A stretch of DNA of 64,000 nt from NCBI GenBank assembly GCA_043228905.1, contig JBHGNT010000002.1:27900001-27964000 (forward strand), written 5' to 3'. Within the stretch, counting starts at the first letter, position 1; each line of letters begins with the position of its first letter. This document shows positions 36,801 through 51,419 of this stretch, piece after piece. Source of the DNA: Azolla caroliniana. Lineage: Eukaryota; Plantae; Polypodiophyta. A program made the position numbers and the translations under genes. Below the pieces are notes generated by a model. It was not told the DNA's origin, did not search any database, and worked only from the letters and a program-made list of their open reading frames with translations.

Positions 36801-39800
36801 AAACTCTCTGGGTATTTTAGATGCTTTCCTTACATGAGAAGAATAGAGATATCCCCGACTCTTTGCAAATATACCCCTTTTGATTTTTTAAAGTTTAGTT
36901 GAATTAGCTAAGACACTAACAATATTCTAGTAAACCTCTTGTAAATTATGTAGATCGATCAACTTTAAATATGATATGTATCTATATAGTAACACACACC
37001 ACAAACAAACATGAATTTATATTCTTCTAGCAATATCTAACGTCAATCTTTCCCTCAAGTCTAAAAATCCTACAAATACACTTTCTTAGGCTTCCATTCC
37101 AACATCCTTTGGTCTTTAGCACACACCTTACTCTTGACGTTTCATTTTGCTTGTCATAAAATATTTGTTTGCACCACTTAGTACGTCGCTCTAAGATCCC
37201 CTTTTTGTTCACACTAAATATTTGGAGAATTATGGCATGCTAGCTTGTAAAACGGAGATTGCACCCATCTCTCAAAGGTAATGGTAAGCTCTCTATTGAG
37301 TCATTCAAATGTTGGAATCGAGATGTTGATTTATCTTTATCTTGTTATGTTCAAAGTGTGAATTCATAGTTGTGAGTTATGTTTTGGAAAACTTAAACGT
37401 ATATACTTGTAGTCATATCATCGCATAGCCACATTTATCAAATACTCGTGGCAAATGTCATTCTATGTCAAAACATCGTAAATATCATACTACATCTATT
37501 GTAATCTTAAGCATGCGGAAATTCTCTATACAAGTAATGATGTCATATTTGAGTTTTTGTAACATTTTTTAAGATTCCAATAAAATATTTTAAACAAATT
37601 TTCCATGGAAACACATGTTAAAACTAAAGCAAAATATACTTTAACTAGATCATTCAAAACTCTCACATTAAAAAGCTCATCGTGGATAGTTGTCCATCAT
37701 CATATCAAAGTTTATGGCCGCTCGTCAAAGTCTCACTTATTACGAGAATATAGGACACTCCATTAGACGGAAAAGAAGGCCAAAATCAATGGCTCTTAAC
37801 TATCATTAATTGTTGCATGTGGACAACTTTTCGTTGAACTTCTCAAACCTTACAATGACACTAATTGAGAACATTGTCAACTTTAGTTTTGGTTTCGAAT
37901 CTCGACGTGGATATACATTCATATAAACTCAATGTTGAAACTTGAATTCACAAAAATAAAAACTTTGTGCTTAAGGAAAGCATAAAATCGAAACTTTAAA
38001 TCATGAAAATAAAGCTTTGTGCCACCTATAATAAAGTAATATATTGAATGAAAGAAAGGACATCCTATTCAAATGGTTGCTTTCTTGCAATTTATTTATA
38101 TCACTAACTCGGGCAAGAATGGCTGAGTGATGCCCATAGACAAGCATTAACCAATGCTTGATTGCCTAGAGAAAGATGAAAACTTCATAAGGATGCATGC
38201 ATGCATGGAGAGACAAATCTAATTCCACATTCAAGAAACATGACTATTGCAAATTATACATCATAGAAATCATTAAGTTATACACAAAACGAGGGAGTGC
38301 AATGATGCTAACATAACTTTGGTAACTTCATTAGTTATTTTTTCTTGAATGACTATGCTTTTTCTCTTTTTGGGTTCTCATTATGGCTTAGTTTTTGGGA
38401 TCATGTTAGTAACTAGTATATTTTTTTACTACAGAGTACGTGCATTAACCTACTTTGCTCTCGAGAGTTGTTTCCTGAATTGGATTCAAATATCTACTAT
38501 ATGTATATGAATTTCGAATTTGAGCATAATGAAGTGAGGGAAATGTGAACAAAACATCACATACTAGAGCGGTACGAATGCCCTAGTATGGGCAATTTCC
38601 CCTAACAACATATGTATGATTGAATATGTATACAATGCCATCGCATTTCACCATGGGCAATGTCTTATTGTTCATGTGGACATACAATTTGTAATTGTGT
38701 GAAAACTCCACCAACACACACTGTGACACATGACACATGTATACATACATGAGCATGCACACACCATACATTTTACCAATATGGTCTTAAGTTGAATGGT
38801 AACTCAAACCTCAAGATCATGGGTCTCAAACTTCGTAGGTCCTTATTGGTCAAGATGCACTAACACAAATTCTTCAAAGTTGTAAATTTACAACAATTTC
38901 AATCTCTCCTAAAAATATGATTTTACAATTCATAATCGAAGGGTAAAAAATACAATTACTACCAGAATCACACACACACTAGTATAATGATGGGAATCTA
39001 ACATAATGTTGTAGAAATTTGGAAGAATGAAAACAATACACATTCATCTCTGTACAAGCTAATATCATTGCTGAAACAATGTGAATAAGTGACCATTAAA
39101 GAATTTTATACCTTATTGAAGCTAATCCATATAATTAGTGTAATGTAACAACTATTAATACTCATTTACTTATCTCTAATATAATATTTAAGAGCATGAT
39201 CAACCATTGGGGTCATCATTTACGTCACTCAACCATTACTATTCTAATTTGGTTTTAAAGTGGTCCTTATACAAAAGTAGCACATTAATTGTCACACAAT
39301 TAAGCAACAACCATTTGGTAAGTGCATGGTTTTTGTCCATAATTGTAGTTGTACATGGGTAATTTGTGGTAGTTTTTTTTATCCTGTCCAAATGAGAATT
39401 AATGCTCGGGGTTTCTCTTTAAAACATGACTTATTATCATTCACAATATTCAAATATTTTCTCCTTATAATATGATATTACCATTTACCACATTTATAAT
39501 TCCTCCTTAAACTATGGCTTTATGATTCACAACCCCTTGAGGGGGGTGAACATTGACATGATACAAATCAACCAAAGTCAACAATTTCTCGTTAATATGG
39601 ATGGCTTACAAATATAGTCCTCGTAATGCAAGGAAAGTGATAACATTGCCTTCATTAGGCTATGTTAATAGATGATTTCTTCGTGTGACTACATACGAAA
39701 ATCGATGCAATAATTGACCGTTTTACGATATATAGGTTTACATTCTAGTATTCGAACGATCTAAGCGTGATCCTAACAAATATTAGAAATTGAACTACGG

Positions 39801-40440
39801 AGACTTGAAACAAGAAAATACTAAGGCACACAACCCAATAACAAATTGCCAAACATTTAGTTCATACTTTATAATTTAGTCGAAACATACACATTCACAT
39901 TGAATTTGAATGCCAAATTCAATGACTTGATCAAATGAAACTTTCTTTAATAATCACGATCCAATGTGAAAACAATGGGAGTGAATTTGGGGGATGTACA
40001 ATATAAGATTAAAGCACACTGCAATATATAAAAACAGGGAGGTGTACAAGTTGTGGTAAGTCAAATAGGAATGCTTCTACTTAGAATGGAAACATGTATT
40101 TACTAAGTCAAATAATGAGCTAAACTTACGTATGTTAAGTAGACAAATCCTTAACCATAAGCTAGTTTGATTAGGTACTAAATTGTCAATATTATCCAGT
40201 CAATTGTTGTCTTTTAGTTGCGACCTTTCATGCCAATTCACAACACAATTTCGCATTTTTCTTTTTCATAAAAAATATCCTCCATTGGTATTATAATTAA
40301 AGTGGCCAGAGGCAATATATGTACAAAATAGTCCACTATTACAATGAATATTGCATATCTTGTTACCTCTTTCTATATCTCTTGAGCTACCACAAGCCTT
40401 CAAGATGCATATGAAGGTGATAAGGTATGGGGAAAGGCCC

Positions 40441-40700
40441 TCATTTTGTATTCACTTGAGCAGGAACTAAAGTTTCATGAACTTGATTATGCTTAGTATA
40501 CCCAGCAATGAGCACATGCCAAGAGACTATATTTCGACCATGAAGCCCTTTCAACACTTTCTTTGTTGCTGCAATCATCTCACATTTGACATACATATCC
40601 ACCAAGGTGGTAGTAAGTACAATATCCCCCTCCAGCAATTGTGTTTGCTTTCTTATTGAGGCATACAAGCCTTTGGTTCACAAGACAATTGCATACACTT
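40441..40700 (-). pseudogene. PPR gene fragment
   Basis: LEGDIVLTTTLVDMYVKCE...RNIVSWHVLIAGYTKH: about two degenerate PLS motifs with no larger ORF. Confidence 0.75.
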
Positions 40701-42553
40701 TCTTTGTTGGGACATACATGGTTTGTTACACATTCTTTGGTCGTGCTTTGGGATGGGTTCTCTCGTAATAATATTAATTTGTATGCAATAACTCAAAGTA
40801 AGCCTTTATAATTATTGGGTTGGTATGTAATGCAACTGCGAAACAAATCTTTCACTTTAAATCATTCTAAGTAATAAACGTATAGTATGATATTTTGGCT
40901 CATCAATTATAACAATTCAGAAAACACTATCAATTTTGAGTTTGACTTTATCTCCCCATTGTAGTTGGCATCAAGCTCTACTATAAAGAAGGTGTTAGTA
41001 TATGTCACTTTCTCCGTCTTCTCTTCTTTTGCGTTCTGGTAAGATTTATGGGAGTAAATCAATAATTTGGAATAACTTGACATTTCTTCACGAGAGAAAA
41101 ATGATTAAGCTTCAAGCTTTTGTTATTTTATGTGTTGCAACTTTGATATATGTTCCACAAATTGATGTCATGACAAGGTTGTGGTTGTTAAAATTCCAAC
41201 CAATGACATGGCAATATTTCATTTAACGTAAAGGCTCGTTCCTTGATATGATGTCACTTGGTCCAATGGTTAGCATGATTTTCAAGTGACTATGAGTTCT
41301 TCACAGTACAAAGAATGGCCACAAGGATGTTAAATGACATTTGTACGATGATTGGCTGCCATCACATGTCGACAAAGCCCCAATATCATCAACAACCATA
41401 ATTGGCAAATCAATCAATGAACAAGGAGTGGCACAATTCATGGAGTGTGTCGTGTATGACACGTCACCAAACAAAGTTGAACATAATGCATATTAGCAAG
41501 TAAGAATTTTGTGGCACATAAATAGTGATATATATGTCATGGATAGTCATAAGAACCAGTTAAAGGAGAGGTCAAAATGTCATTAAGCAAAAAGTGGAAA
41601 ACCCACAATAAACAACACATCAACATACACATCAACATACACATCAACATACACATCAGTAATGAAGGACATATCGTCGAAGTGGGTGGCGTATCAGTAA
41701 TGAAGGACATATCGTTGAACAAAATGAACGAGAGGTTGACACGTCAAACAACAAGAAGTGGGTGATACGTGTGAAGAGATGGTATGCCATAAAGACACAT
41801 AATTGTAAGCGAGCTTGCAATGTCAATAAAAGAACTACGTGGGCACGTAACATAAATTGTAGTCAGTAGCACACAACGGGGTAGAGAATGTGGCAAAACA
41901 ACAATCATAGTAGTACGATGATGATATTTTATTGTCCTTGAAACATGATATGGTGACCCCAACCATCTTATTCACGAATGTCCAAAGAAGGGTCCCCGAG
42001 ATCTAGAAGTGTTACAAGATAACCTCCTACGATGTGACAAAGGATGTATGTAGTCACGAATGGCTTCACTTTGCTACCCAAAAATTGTCGAGGCTTGAAA
42101 GTGCCACCTTCAAAAGTCGACTCACATGGCAAGTCGTCGTTGCTCAAGTTGGGATATGCAACCGAGGAGAATTCAGATGTCAATGATGAAGAGGGAAAAG
42201 CTTGTAGCGAGAGAGACAAGCACAATACATACGTATATGTATACATATATACATACACATATACGTATACGTATATACATATGTATATGTACATAACCCC
42301 ACCTCACATACATTTCGTTTGTACCGATCCAACGATCCACTCATGCAAAACAAAGACAACAACAACACCCACATTAACATGCACAAATCTAAACATACAC
42401 AAAAGATACAAAACACATAGTACACACACATCCACAAAAGATTAGAATAGAATAGAATACATAGATACACAGACACACACACTTGGGGCATTAAGTGATG
42501 GGGGGGACAGACAATCTTCTTCTCTTGTGTGGGAAGACAAACTTCTGAAGTTG

Positions 42554-42599
<46 letters not shown>

Positions 42600-42710
42600 T
42601 CTCTCTCTCTCTCAGTTTTCTTTGGAATGGGGGAGGAGTTGTTAGTATGTATGTATGTATGTAGTTACACAGGAATTGAAGCTTCTGAGAACCACATAGA
42701 GAACAGAGTC

Positions 42711-42750
<40 letters not shown>

Positions 42751-43173
42751 ATCAAATTGTCTCTCTCACAGAATCTACTTCCTACAGAAATGCATCCCCC
42801 CTCCTCCTACTCCTTCCTTCCTTACTTTTTGTTGTCTCTGTATTGTTTTTTCTCCTCCTTGGGAATTGAGGAATGAGAGATAGAGAGAGAGCAGCCTAGG
42901 GAGGGAGTATGTCTAGAGAGAGAGAGAGAGAGGCATGAGAATTATGGTGAGTTATGGCTTTGTGCAGAACCGAGTTAATGTGGCTATTAGAGAGAGAGAG
43001 AAAGAGAGAGAGACTAGTATAATAATATCTGCCTGTAAGCAGATAAATAGAGAGAGAATTTCCACTCACACACACACACACACACACACACTCTCTCTCT
43101 CTCTCTCTCTCTCATACAACACACACACACATACTCAAAAATGAGTTATTTTGTTGTTTTGTTTTCCCTCCCA

Positions 43174-43215
<42 letters not shown>

Positions 43216-44412
43216 TGATAACATCTATCTAATCTATCCCCTCCTCCTGCATTCTTCTTCTTCTTCTTCTTCTTCTTCTTCACTTAAAGACAGAAACAAT
43301 ACCCTGTTCCTCTGATGCCTTTCCTTTCCTCGCGTAGTCCATTGTATCTCTCTGTATTTCCTTCTCTTTCAGAATCCGAAGACAAAGCAGCCACAATATA
43401 ATAAACCATGTTTCTGCTCACATACCTTATATATACATACACTAAATAGAAAACACCCATCTCCGTTTTTTGTTCTTGTTTCTGCTACTTTTGTTGGCCT
43501 ATTTCTTCAGTAATTCCAAATGGGCATGATATCACCACCACCACCACCATTTGCATGACGTGGCACAACCCAAAAGAATCATAAGGAGTGGAGCATATGA
43601 GAAGAGCATTTTGTTTTTTGATTTACTTTTGGGCATTTGAATACTTAATTATCCTCATTTTACTCCCAAATTAGAGAAGTCACTACTTTCTTTGTCTTAC
43701 TTAATTTATTTGTTTAGCTTCCATTGTGTCTCATTTGGTGGTGGGTGGGGCAGTTACCTACCTTACATAATCTATCTCACCCTTCCACCGAGGGTCTACC
43801 TATCATCCTCAGGTATTTATTCAATCACCCTTTTACCTCTTTCATTGAAATGCCTAAACCTAATTGAAATGTGCTTGACGGGTTTTGAACCATTGCATTA
43901 CATGCATTTCATGAGTTTTAAACTCAAATAATGGCCTTGTATTTTGAGCCACTAATTGCATGTTTTTTTAATGAGATTTGCACCACTGATTACGTGCATG
44001 TGTTTGATGGGTTTTTAACCATTGGTACTCATATTTGTTAGATAGGCTCTAAACCCTTTTAGTCACATCTTAAACCCTACTAATCACGTGTGCATGATGA
44101 GTCTTAGAACCTACCTACCAACCACATGTGTTTGCTGGGTTTTAAACCGAAGTATTTACATGTATGGCATGGAATTAAAAACCTATTAATTTTATTATTT
44201 GATGAAATGGAAAAAATTTAATTGCATTTATGTAGCTTGTGTCATTGCATTTGTTTTGCTTTTTCTCTTCATTTTATGCCTGAGAAATTAATTCATATAA
44301 GGATCATAACACAAGATGAGAAGAAATAAATCATTTCGTTTGCTTTACTGGTGAAGAAGTTGTGATTAATGACCAAACAATTGTTCACCTACTGTAGGTG
44401 GCTAAAATTAAC

Positions 44413-46959
44413 ATGAATAATAGACCTCAGAAGGATCTAACACTTAATTACGGAAAATGGAGTGTTGATCCTTGGTCTTCATCGACACAAGTTTTTGATT
44501 CTCCGAGATGCTCCTCAATGTCATTAACGGATTTAGTAGAAAAAACAAGCCCTGTGGAAGAGGATCCATTAGACCATGCTAATATAAGGTATAATTTGAC
44601 ATCGACTCGGAGCAGCCTCGCTAATCAAATTCAATATGAATTTGCCAAAGAAGTAGATATGGATGCCCTATGGATGTCCTCCTCACCAGGTCAGTCATCT
44701 CCGAGTAGAAAATCTGTATCGAAAAGAGATAGTTGTCTTGGATCGACGTCTACTATAAGTGAACCAATAAGTTCACGAGGATCTGCCCATGGTCTTCTAC
44801 AATGCTCTTTGAGAGATGGTTTGCCCAGTTATACTTTCCTGCTCGATGATTATGATGAAGTTGTTACGGCTAAGATTTGGATGGAAGATATAAGGATTGG
44901 GGATGATGAGGGCGCTTGGCGGTACATGTTTTATTCCCTGAGAGGCGAAAGTAACAAAAGGAAAGGGAAGAAAGGATGGAAACACTGGAGTCCCAAGGAA
45001 AAACTTACATCAGAGCTCGTTGGAAAAATGACAGTGTCCAGTGTTCTCTGCACTGGGAAACAAGAAGGAAGATGCCATGGAGATGTTAATAGCTTGTCGG
45101 TTCGATCCGAATTTGTGCTTTCGATGGCGAAGGCTCAGGACTCAAGTCCCATACAGAGTGACGATTATTCATATTCTTATTCTTCGATGAATAGTTCGTC
45201 GTCACTGGAGAGTGGTTCATATGCTTGTGGTGCTAAATCTAGCTATAACAACATTCTTATGAATAATTCAACCTCTCCCTCATCAGACGGTCGATACTCG
45301 AGTATGTCGTCACCTAGTGCTATATCGGCGTGGTATGTATCACAAAGCCTTATACCAAGCAACTTAGCATCTCCTGAGCATTCTTTGGAGCGAAAGCAAA
45401 AATCTCGGAAATGGAGCTTACACTCAAAGACATGGGCAAGAAAAGCAAAGAAAAGTAACCGAGTTGTGGGTACAAATATTGACGAATCCCATGATATGCC
45501 CATGAGGTTGAGCCAAAATGGGCTGAATTCAGAGCTAGCGGCCATGATAATCAATGTGCCTTTGGATATACATAGTGAAGGTGACGAAGGTATGATTTGT
45601 GTATTTCGTTATGCAATATGGATAACGATGTTCTGTTGTGTGTTTTTTTTGGTCATTTTAAAGAGAAATGGTTTAACATTATTACTGCGAATTGTTTACC
45701 CGGTGTGTATTCAGGATTGCTTGTAAACGAGTATCCTGAAGTGCCGAGACTTCATGAACGTATCGGATTGAATGACCAGTCTATGTTGTGCGTTTCAAGA
45801 TCAGATTCCGAAATCGAGGTGGAGGCTGAGACAAGTTGTTTCGATCCCAAGAATGAAAGTTACAAACAACCAAATATAACCGTGCTTCTTCCATCAGGAT
45901 GCCATGGGAGACCACTCGGTATTGACTCAAAAGGACCTCCACCATTGATCAAACGATGGAAAGAAGGTGGGAAGTGCGATTGTAAAGGATGGGACCTCGG
46001 GTGTGGAATGATGGTTCTGAGTGATCAACAGCCCAAAACCTCGCAAGGAATGGAGAGCAGTAGCTCATTGAGGCTAGGATCCCACAAGAGTGATGGAAAA
46101 CAATTGGTATTATATAAACAGGTTGAACCTCCATATCACTTCTTAAATCTCTTTATGTTTTTTTTTTCGTTTGTTTCTCTTTTTCAAATGTGACAAGAAA
46201 GCAATCGGATTTAAATTTCCTGACATGTGGTTTACATGGCAAGTGCCCTAATTACTAGGCCAACCTGGACTTAGATAGATTTCTGTCTTACCAAATCTTT
46301 AGCAAAGTTGTGCGGAGCTTTGTTTCACCTTCTCTTATGTATGAAATCAACAGGATGACATCCCAAACTTTCCAATACATAACCATAATATTTCTATATC
46401 TACCAAATTTACAAGAAAGCCTTGGCAATTGTAAATTCAGCCTGATGTCATGGTATTCTGGTATTTTTTGCGAACTCAAGTGTATTTTGAGTAACTAAAC
46501 AAAACAAGTTTAAGGTATTTTGATGTGTTTGCTTATCTATGTATCTATCTATATATTGGATACAAGTTTGCTAATAAAATTTGTATGGAATGATGGTGGC
46601 TTGGACAGGATGGAGATAATGAAGATGAGTATCTTAGTCTTGCACCTCATGAAAATGGGCTCATTGCAGTCGACTTTCGAGCACCACTCTCACCTTTACA
46701 GGCGTTCGCGATGGCTGTGGCCATCTTGCATGGAAGGGGATCGAGTGTATCTGATCCACATACATCCCATGGAATGGTATCTGGTATTTCACAAAGATCT
46801 CGAATGGTTGATCAATACGTGGATCTGAAATCGAATTCGGGATTGTTGGATTCAATGAAGAATCGTGGACCCCCATCATCCATGTTTTTGAATCATGACA
46901 TTTCCCCAATGAACGATGTCTTTGGTTGTGCGTCGACCCTCTCGTTTGATAGACTTTGA
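44413..46959 (+). CDS. DUF3527-family plant protein; predicted exons 44413-45589, 45715-46121, 46609-46959
   Basis: Family motifs GLPSYTF, LVGKMTVS, EFVL, ELAAMII, TVLLPSGCHGRP...GPPPLIKRWKEGGKCDCKGWDLGC and VDFRAPLSPLQAFAMAVAILH; GT-AG introns keep the frame. An acceptor at 44398 implies an upstream 5' exon near 42600-43400. Confidence 0.88.
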
Positions 46960-48169
46960 ACGATGGTTCTCCAAGTTGGAAACAAATATGAGATAAATTC
47001 AGCTTCAGATATTGTATAGGATTTATTGGATGTATGAGGGGTTGCCTAGAGAAAGGTAAAAAAACACTTGATGCATCTTTGGTTATGGTGAGAATGGTCA
47101 GTAGAGAAAAAGTAGCATTTGATGAATGCATGTTGGAGCATGTGTACAGAGTTGTCAGCAAAAACATTATCTGCTAAAGCATAATGTAAAAAACATTACA
47201 TTTATATGGGCATTCAAAATAATTGTATAATGTCATGTAAGTGGTTGATCCTGGGTGATTCAACTTGTGCTTTTATCATTTAATGTTACAAACTTACAAG
47301 TTATGCGCATTGTTTATGTATATGTGCTTTGTCAATGGATAGTGTATAATTAGTTTTTAGTATTGTGTTCTAATGGGAATAATGCAATTGCCTTTGACCA
47401 TGGATAATGAGTTTGTGAAGACAAAGTTCAGTTCAAAGTTTAAAAAGTGTAGTTGTTATTCAGGCGTTTTTACAATGAATGTAACATGAGACTCATTGAA
47501 TTGAGGTAACGCCTTTTTTTTGTGGAGCTCCAAGTGCAACTCTTTTAGATTATTGATATGTGGGAGGTAATCATACATAATCTCTTGTTTTGTTAGCATT
47601 TCTAAAACCATATCTTCAGTCACACTTACAAGCTTGTATTGCATAAGTGAAAAGACGAGTAGATGTTTCTCCAAGAAATTAAGTCTTTGTAATCGAGTGT
47701 ATTGTTATCCATCCCCTTGTTATTTATATGAAGATTCCATTGGAATGACATGTAAATTTGTTGAGAAAGAGAATCTAATCAAGATGCAAATCCTAAAATC
47801 TATCGATTGAATTGTAAAATGGTAAACAAATATAACCACCAAGGGTTGACCCTTTTGTCACATTCATAAAAAGTGTAAAGTCATAGCAACTTGACCTCCT
47901 TTGTACGACTTTGGTTCAAGATTCACATAATTTTATAGCCATTGGAGCATGTTGTGATATCTTAGTCTCTCAAGATTGTGCAATAATGTCCTAGATTAAT
48001 AAAAACTCTAAAGTTTTCAGGGGTTTAGTTCAAGTTAGTTGCAAGTATAATGTTGAAACACTTGAACAAGAGACAAGGGCAAATCATATCAACCCAAGGA
48101 ATGCTAGGTAAGCAAATCCCATTTTTCCAATACTCGGTAAAAATGGGTAGAGAATCGCTAAGGAGGTGT

Positions 48170-48690
48170 TTGGCTGTTACGCCAGCAACTTGTAAATTTT
48201 GAAGATATGGTAATATACAAGACTCTTGGTTGTATGCTTATTGGAAGTGGCTATGGGTCATGTGTATTATTTAGATGGTTATTGATACATTATGGCATTC
48301 CTATGAAGTCATGGATGTGGGGGCATTGCCATGATTTAAAATGTGATAGTTATGGTTCTCCCATTGAATCTATTCACCATGTTTTATGGATATGTCCTAT
48401 TGCTAGAGCAGTTTGGAAAAGAATGTTGAGAATTCTGTATCCTATATATGGTAAACAGGTGTACACATGGGGTTTTCTTTTGGAGAGAGAAAAAGTGGAG
48501 ATATGCTCCACCAAGATGCCTTTTTCCGCCCCACCGTCTTGGAAGGACCCTACATGAGGGCTTTTGATACTCGACATGTTGGTTGATGTGGGTGTGAGGG
48601 TTATAATTTACTGTATGAATTCGTTGTAGCCTTTGGACATCTTTCCATTAATACCAACGTGAATCCTTATTAAAAAAGAAAAGAAAAAGA
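48170..48690 (+). mobile_element. Truncated LINE 3' end (zf-RVT remnant + A-rich tail)
   Basis: ESIHHVLWICPIARAVWK motif; A-rich tail at 48672-48690. Confidence 0.65.
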
Positions 48691-50651
48691 GAGCCAAGGG
48701 CACATTGAGAAAACAATGGATTCATTCACATGCCTTTTGATGCATTACGTGGGGTGGATAACATGTTTACAATTTGCAACAAACCTTTGAAATATGCAGA
48801 TTAAAAAGAAACACGTCTCTAATCAAAATTTAAGATAGACGGAGAAGGACCGAATTGAATCGTACACATTTTATAATCTATGACTGCTCCAAGTGATGGG
48901 AGAGGCTTATACACTAAAGGATAAAGACTATTAAAACAACACGCTTCATCATTTTTAATTTAGTGTATATAAGTCATTGACATACATTGGACTTTGGAGT
49001 AGAGATCGATTTAAAGAGTGTGTGTGCCCTTTTATTCATACTGTTATTGTGGAAAGCTTAGAATGCTTGTTTCTTGAAACACACTTGAAATGAAGATTCG
49101 CTAGAACAAATTAAGCCATGCTTGACATCATTATTATTTTCAAGCACACTTTGAAGCAAGAATTTCTAGGAAGCTTCATCGGAAAATGGAAATTGACATG
49201 CTAATATAGATGCATACATTTCAAGCTAGTTAAATCCATCTTTCTTTCTTTCATGTTGTTGGAATTCCTACAAGTTATACAAGTTCCACCTAAGATCAAT
49301 CCATTTACTTAGGCTTGAATACCAACGCATCTTAGTATTTTGTTAAGGAGTATTTTCACTCTCAAACACTCGTCCCTTGTGGTACCTAGTAGCGTCATTG
49401 CCAAAGTTGCTTTGTAGAGGTTAGAATGTCATATGCTCACCATGTAATATCCATTGTGGCGTTAAGTTAATCAATGACGTATGTGAGACTTGATCCCATG
49501 TGTATCGACTTCATAGAGAAAGAGGAGGGCACATAACTTAATGATGAATAACAATTTAGAAGATTCAATGCATTAAAAACTTTTCCAAAATCAACCAAAT
49601 AGTGGTATATAATATATCAATAACCATTGCAAAATGACCAAAAACAACCTCCATTTACCAAATATAACAAGCATAAAGTTCCATTCACTTGATGTTTGGA
49701 CCAAGCATTGGAGTTAGGGAAGTCATTTCTTGACCAAAACGGTGATTCTGATGTACTTATATTTATTTGCGAAGATGGATGAGATGCATGTAGATTTTCA
49801 ATGGTTGAGATCACAACCGCTCTCACTCAATCTCTACCTATTAAATTTTTTCCTTGTTTCATCACACACTCTCACAATACACATGTTTGCACTCCAACGA
49901 ACTACATTCAAGCTTACCCACTACGTTGCATTGATTACTTGAATGGTTCATTGTGTTTGCAATACCAAGGATGAAAAAGATATATGCATGAATTTCTAAC
50001 TTTATTGCCTCATAAATTTATGGTTCTTTTAGAAGACCGTGGGTTGTAGTGACATCCCTTGTGACTATGGATGAGAGGAGTTGTTTTTCCTTTAGTTGTG
50101 TTGTGGATTGGGTGTGGTCCCATTAGTCATATTTACCTCTCGGTCCTTATATTTACAAGGACGTACTTCAAATTAACAACATGTATTTTCACAAAAGAAG
50201 AAAGAAATGGTGTGCATATTGTTTATCTTGTGAATGTACGATATTCAACTTCCTCTTCAATATCTATAACAAGAAATTATGTGTGGCTAAAGAATAATGT
50301 GAAAGCATAAATTACCTTAATACATGATATGAGAGACTTTAGATGTCGCCATCCATAATTTCTTATACATTGACAAAGCTTAAGAAACCATACAAAAAGG
50401 ATGGTACAATTGTAAGACATGTACTTTGTAAAATTAAGGTTGTGGCTTTACATCTTGAATAATGGTTTTGATGTTCAGTTCAATATAAAATTTCTTCACA
50501 ATTTTTAGTTTCACTATACACTTCGTTGTTTTAATCTCACATCACATACACACTTAAGGCTTCTTAATCCGAGTTTGGATCATGCAACTCAGCTCCGAAA
50601 AGATGGTTTAAATCTTGATAACGATAGGTTGTCCACAATATGAGGAACGTA

Positions 50652-51419
50652 GAGTAGACATTCAGTTAAGTGTGTGCCCACTTAAGTGCACCATTATATT
50701 ATGTGCGCTTTTTATAGATGTCAAAATCCAGATAAAAAAATTTACATTGTTTAATGACGAAATTTACATTGTAATGCAATCTTGATGATTGTGAATAGTC
50801 AAGTGTTGTAGCGATCAGCCGTGAACGCGAGCTCTCCTTCTCCATGTGCAACAAAACTTCTGTCTATTGTCCTTCTCTTTCTGTGTGTGCATGTGCCACG
50901 TGCGTGCGTGCTCTTTTCTTGCATGAAGAAAGCCTCTCTCCCTCCCTCCCTCTTTTTGTGCATCTTGTTTATTCTCAAAGATGACAGAAGTTGTAGCCTC
51001 TGATTTGTCCATTGCTCCCCCACTCTCTTTTCCTATCTCCTCCATTTGCACTTTGATTCCTCAAACCTGCCACCACTAGGAATAAAACACAAGAAAAAAA
51101 CTCATCGCATCCAAGGAAGTTCATTAGTTTTGTTGCATAATGGATGTATTGCTCAGACGTAGTAAAAAGGCGAAAGCTAAAGCTAATCTAGAATCGAGAA
51201 AGAAACTGAAGAGTATGTATGCTAAAACCAGAAATGTTTCAGGTCAATTATATCATGTAAATTGATCACTTTTCTTATCAAGAATTGTATGACTAGAGCA
51301 TAGAAGGAAAATATTTCAGAAAACCCTAAAATGTTTTAGAAAACCCCTAAGTGCGCAACTCGGTTAAGTGCACACTTCTTCCTTGTGTTCAAAGTGCGCA
51401 CTTAACCGAATGTCTATTG
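50652..51419. mobile_element. Non-autonomous Tc1/mariner (pogo-like) element, 768 bp
   Basis: TIRs GAGTAGACATTCAGTTAAGTG and CACTTAACCGAATGTCTATTG, each flanked by TA (50650-51, 51420-21); subterminal TTAAGTG repeats. Confidence 0.8.

Noticed and set aside
41700-42200. Possible gag zinc-knuckle remnant (YGDPNHLIHECPKK)
   Set aside because: Incomplete CCHC motif and no LTR, PBS or pol found; too weak to call.
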